The position numbers and the translations under genes were made by a program. Below are positions 60,242 to 64,000 of a stretch of 64,000 nucleotides of DNA, one piece after another; the first letter of the stretch is position 1, and each line of letters starts with the position of its first letter. The stretch is taken from NCBI GenBank assembly GCA_047495785.1, contig JBLDXI010000046.1, positions 930,001 to 994,000 of the forward strand, in the 5' to 3' direction. Source of the stretch: Lepidodermella squamata (taxonomy: Eukaryota > Animalia > Gastrotricha). The notes under the pieces are model-generated. The model was not told the DNA's origin, did not search any database, and saw only the letters and a list, made by a program, of their open reading frames with translations.

Positions 60242-61541
60242 TTAAGACTTTTTCGTCGGTTGATGAACAGCAAGTTCTGATGCTCGAGACTGCCGTTCGT
60301 TAGAAACAGTACTTGTTGCACCTGTCCGTCTGCTGTTCGAAACCATCGATTGCCGACTCTCCGCTAAGCTGACAGCTCCGGGCGCGTTGCGTCTCGGTGC
60401 TCTTACGTTCCCAACATCTTGTCCCTTATTATAACCAACCTATTTAATAAAAGTTAACCAGTTTGAAGATTTTAGTGGAGTAATTCTTTACCCCATCCCA
60501 ACCAGGTTCTCCGTAGAAGCTTTCAGGCGATGGAGAGCTTGATCGATTTAACACGACTCGTCTAGGGTAGTCAAATCGCTGTTTAATCGCATCAGTCTGA
60601 TCTCGATTCCTCGGCTTGCCAGTCACAGATGGGACCGAGTTCTGAGTATTCCCCCTCTCAGGTGATTGATGTGCTCCCCCTGCTGTCGTATCACTACTAC
60701 TACTTATAAACAAAATCAATATGAAAAAATGTCATTCGTGTGATCAATTCTTACGATGGGGAGAAGAGAGAAGGAGGCAGGGATGAGGAATTTCGAGTGT
60801 CAGCTGTTGATGGAATAACGGGCTCTGCTGTTGGCGGAGGGCGAGGCTCGTCATGTTTAACGGTTTGGGCTGGAGGCTCCTCTCTCTTGAGGATTAGATC
60901 GGGTGCTTTTGCCTTAGCCTTCTCGGAGTCTGCTTTCGGCTCGACCTTGCTCGGCTCTTGAACTTTGACCTCTTTTCCAGGCTTTTGAACTTCGGCCTTG
61001 CTTTCTTCCTCCGGAACTTCTAAAGGTCCATCAGGGAATGGATTGTCAAACTCTTTTTGCTTGGCCGTTCGTTCGTCGAGATTTTGCTTTGAAGGCCTCC
61101 TTGTCAAGGCATTTTTCCTGAACCGGGCTGCTGCTTCACGTGAGAAGGAAACGGGCATGGATGGACGGGTCTTCTGCTCCTTTAGCATCTGGATGACTTT
61201 TTCGGCACGATGCTATAAATCGAAGAGTAATATAAAGGATTTCTATCAAGGAATGTGCTAACCTTCTCAGCTAGCCGTTGAAGATACCGTTCGTAACACT
61301 TTTCGACAACTTCACTTATGACGATACTTTCGAGTACAATCGCAATAATTATGACGATAGCGTAGAAACACCTTGGCAACGCGTCTTGCGACGAATCGCC
61401 ATCATCCTCGTTGAAGTTAACTCCGGTCGTTGTGCTGGAAATAACCGTCGCTGTAGTTGTCTCATCCATATCATCGAGTTGAGTAAAATAAGGCTGGGGA
61501 AGTGCTGCCATTGAAAAATCGGTCAGATTTTGAGGGGCCAT
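60242..61541 (-). CDS. Uncharacterised single-pass membrane protein with disordered tail (4 exons)
   Basis: Thr/Asp-rich N-terminus, TM FYAIVIIIAIVLESIVI, P/E/K- and S/R-rich tail; exons 61541-61263, 61212-60755, ~60702-60492, ~60439-60242 join in frame. Confidence 0.7.
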
Positions 61542-62319
61542 AGCGTCGATATGAGAAAGAGCTTTTTGAAATATTGATTAGTTTGTTAAGCGTTCTTATA
61601 TGGCCAACTAATCGATCTCTCGAAAATGGCTAGACTACCAGAGTCGAGACATCAGGCAAACACAGCGACCAAAACCGTAGGTGTCCATCTTATTTTTTGT
61701 GTTACCTTTTGAACTGCTTCTAAACCGGTGCATTATCTGTAATAAACAACTTGGCGTAGTATAGTGCTGTGCTATTCAGCCATGTTTCTATGGACATATC
61801 TTCACAGTCAATTTATCCATTCAATGCATGCTGATATAGCTGTGTTAAATGCTCCCTTTCATCCTTTATCCTTTAATCAAATAATGGTGAAATTTCTTCC
61901 GTCTCGAAAATTATATATAAGTATCTTTCTTTATATGAATGAAAGCCTCGCGGTATAATTTTAATCAAACCATAATTTCATCGTTGAAAATCACCTAAAA
62001 TAAAAAAGTAGGTAAACATTTTGAACCTTTTGAAATTGAAATTTGTTTTTCGAATGAATTTTGTCGTTGTAAGAGTTGTAAGAGTTGGAATCGTTGTTGC
62101 ATTCTTATTCCAACTAGCTATTCCGAAAGAAATCATGAATAATTTAACACTCTGGAAGTGTCGCAGGGTTGCTAACCTTGCCATGGCTCCAATTGATCGA
62201 AAAAGCTGTAGAATAAAACATCATGCCTAGACATGAATCGAATTACGAAAGGTAACAATAGCGCTTAGCATACTTTGAAGCTGTCTCGCTACATGATGCT
62301 GCCAATTAGAAACTAGTAC

Positions 62320-62926
62320 ATGGCAAGCTCTAACACTGTCGGGGCTTTGAATCCTGGTAATGACGAGCTATCAAGGCTGAAATCAGCCAGCCAGCTGCCA
62401 GACTACTTCCCGCCATCTTATGAATTTCCTCCTAGCAATAACTCTGTGTAAGGATACAGCATTTTGAAACAAACTCGAAAATAATTGTCTCATATTTAGT
62501 GAAAACTTTCCGATCGAGCTTCCCGCAGCTCCTGTGCGGCCAGGCTACGCCATACCACAAACTTTAATGGAAGCAGCTATGCCTGAAAGAGACCCTCTCG
62601 TCATCACAAAATTGACACGGTGGCGCAACATCGCCCTAGCCCTTTCCATTATCTCTCTAGTCCTCACCTGCATGTGCTGTATAGCAATACCGGCCCTCGT
62701 CATGGCTGCGAAACGGCCGCAATACGTCGAATCTCGTAAACATTACATCATTGCTATATCACTGGCGGTCCTCGCCTTCGTCCTTGGTGCTATGTGTATA
62801 ATCGCAGCTGCTGTAACTCTGAATATTTTGTATCAAGCTAGGGCGGCTGAGGCTGAGCTAGCAGCGCGGTATCGAACAACATTACCAGCATTTCCAGTCC
62901 AGGGTAGTACTCATCACTTTTCTTAG
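62320..62926 (+). CDS. Proline-rich two-hydrophobic-segment membrane protein (CD225/dispanin-like) (exons 62320-62447, 62500-62926)
   Basis: Phase-2 intron; PPSY motif; LTCMCCIAIPALVMA followed by short basic loop and second TM. Confidence 0.6.
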
Positions 62927-62970
62927 ATTTATTGCCATGCATAGAATAAAATTGTGAAGACTATCACTAC

Positions 62971-63386
62971 TCATTGTTTGTAAACAAAAGCGAGCACCGA
63001 GAGAATAACACTAGAGAACAAGAAGGGCCTTGAGACTTCGATAGACTGAGCACTGTTGCAACTATCCTTCGTACAGCAAACTATGAAAAATATTCCGAAT
63101 TTTTTTAAGAATACGATTAGCACAATTCCTTACGTGTGAATCCACCGAACGTTCCGCCCTCAGTGCAAGTAGTTGTGCAGCCTTTTATAACGGCAGATGC
63201 TGTGTCTACGGTTAGCACTGTTTTGTAGCAGAACGAATTGAGGATACCGCTCTCGCAGGATTCTGCTCGCTCGGTTCCGTCGCAGTTTGAACATTGAACG
63301 CATTTCAAAACTGCCGAAGTAACGATTGAAGTTGATGCCAGCAGAGAAATTGCCGCGATAGCAACCGATAAGTTGATCCTACTCAT
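62971..63386 (-). CDS. Ly6/uPAR (three-finger) GPI-anchored protein (exons 63386-63134, 63080-62971)
   Basis: Signal peptide, LKCVQC, CYK, IKGC, spliced CCTKDSCN, hydrophobic C-terminal tail. Confidence 0.88.
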
Positions 63387-63845
63387 TGTTTTATTTTAGA
63401 TCTGCGACAAAATACTTATTAGCAGCTGATAGGCGAAAATTATGATATTCATGCATCGGTTGTGGGTTGTGGTAGAAAAAAATGAGGTTCATAACTCAGT
63501 TTGTCTCATGGGAATAAAATTTCGCAGACAGTGTAGCGTCATTTGCATAACAGGATCGGGAGTACCAAATCAATGCCTTATTAGTAGAACCAGTTTTTTC
63601 TGCGCCAAAATGAGATCTTTTGAACCGGCTTCTCACGTGATTACAGCTGTTTTAGCTATTCAACAGTTCTTTCGTATATAGTTATTTGTTTACAAATGGA
63701 GGGGGAGGGCCTTTCATACTACGTTTTTTACCAACGTGAGTAAGTAAGCTACAACACTGATATAACAGCCAGCTTATCATATATTGCATGTTGTAGCATT
63801 AAGAAAGACTACCTAAAACATCAAACAGCTTTATTCTCGCAAATA

Positions 63846-64000
63846 ATGGCCGATGACTATGAGAGCCGGGCTATCCAACAGCTGTTTTGCCATTGGAACC
63901 TAGGCGAGTTGAGCGAGAGGGAGGCCCGCAAGCGAATAAAGGACTTCGCTTCTGAGCTGGACTATCGATGCACTAGAATTTACGAGAAAATAATCCCAAT
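63846..64000 (+). CDS. Possible start of an unknown gene running off the window
   Basis: ATG 63846 open to the end: MADDYESRAIQQLFCHWNLGELSEREARKRIKDFASELDYRC...; no motif. Confidence 0.3.
   Translation, partial: MADDYESRAIQQLFCHWNLGELSEREARKRIKDFASELDYRCTRIYEKIIP

Overview
This is eukaryotic (invertebrate-animal-like) genomic DNA, not prokaryotic. Most genes are split by short GT-AG introns (mostly 50-63 nt), so the ORF track shows exon fragments; I rebuilt exon chains by hand and checked reading phase. Left to right: a tandem array of four ankyrin genes sharing an unnamed N-terminal domain (one frameshifted), a small C2H2 gene, a five-exon F-box + ankyrin gene, two secreted bacterial-type beta-lactamase-family serine hydrolases sharing one intron and an upstream motif, an anoctamin, a 2-TM orphan, and a ~20 kb repeat-rich block. 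That block holds two disrupted copies of an astacin-like/EGF/CUB/kringle gene lacking its zinc ligands, plus many non-autonomous DNA transposons and a 179-bp tandem array. Then come a GT6 (ABO-type) glycosyltransferase, a class C GPCR pseudogene, two SLC26 transporters, a RING/B-box + ankyrin gene, and three small membrane-protein genes. The best leads are the two probable horizontal acquisitions (serine hydrolases, GT6), the ankyrin-based ubiquitin-ligase adaptors and the pseudo-protease. No database searches were possible; family calls rest on recognised motifs, and the organism is not identified.
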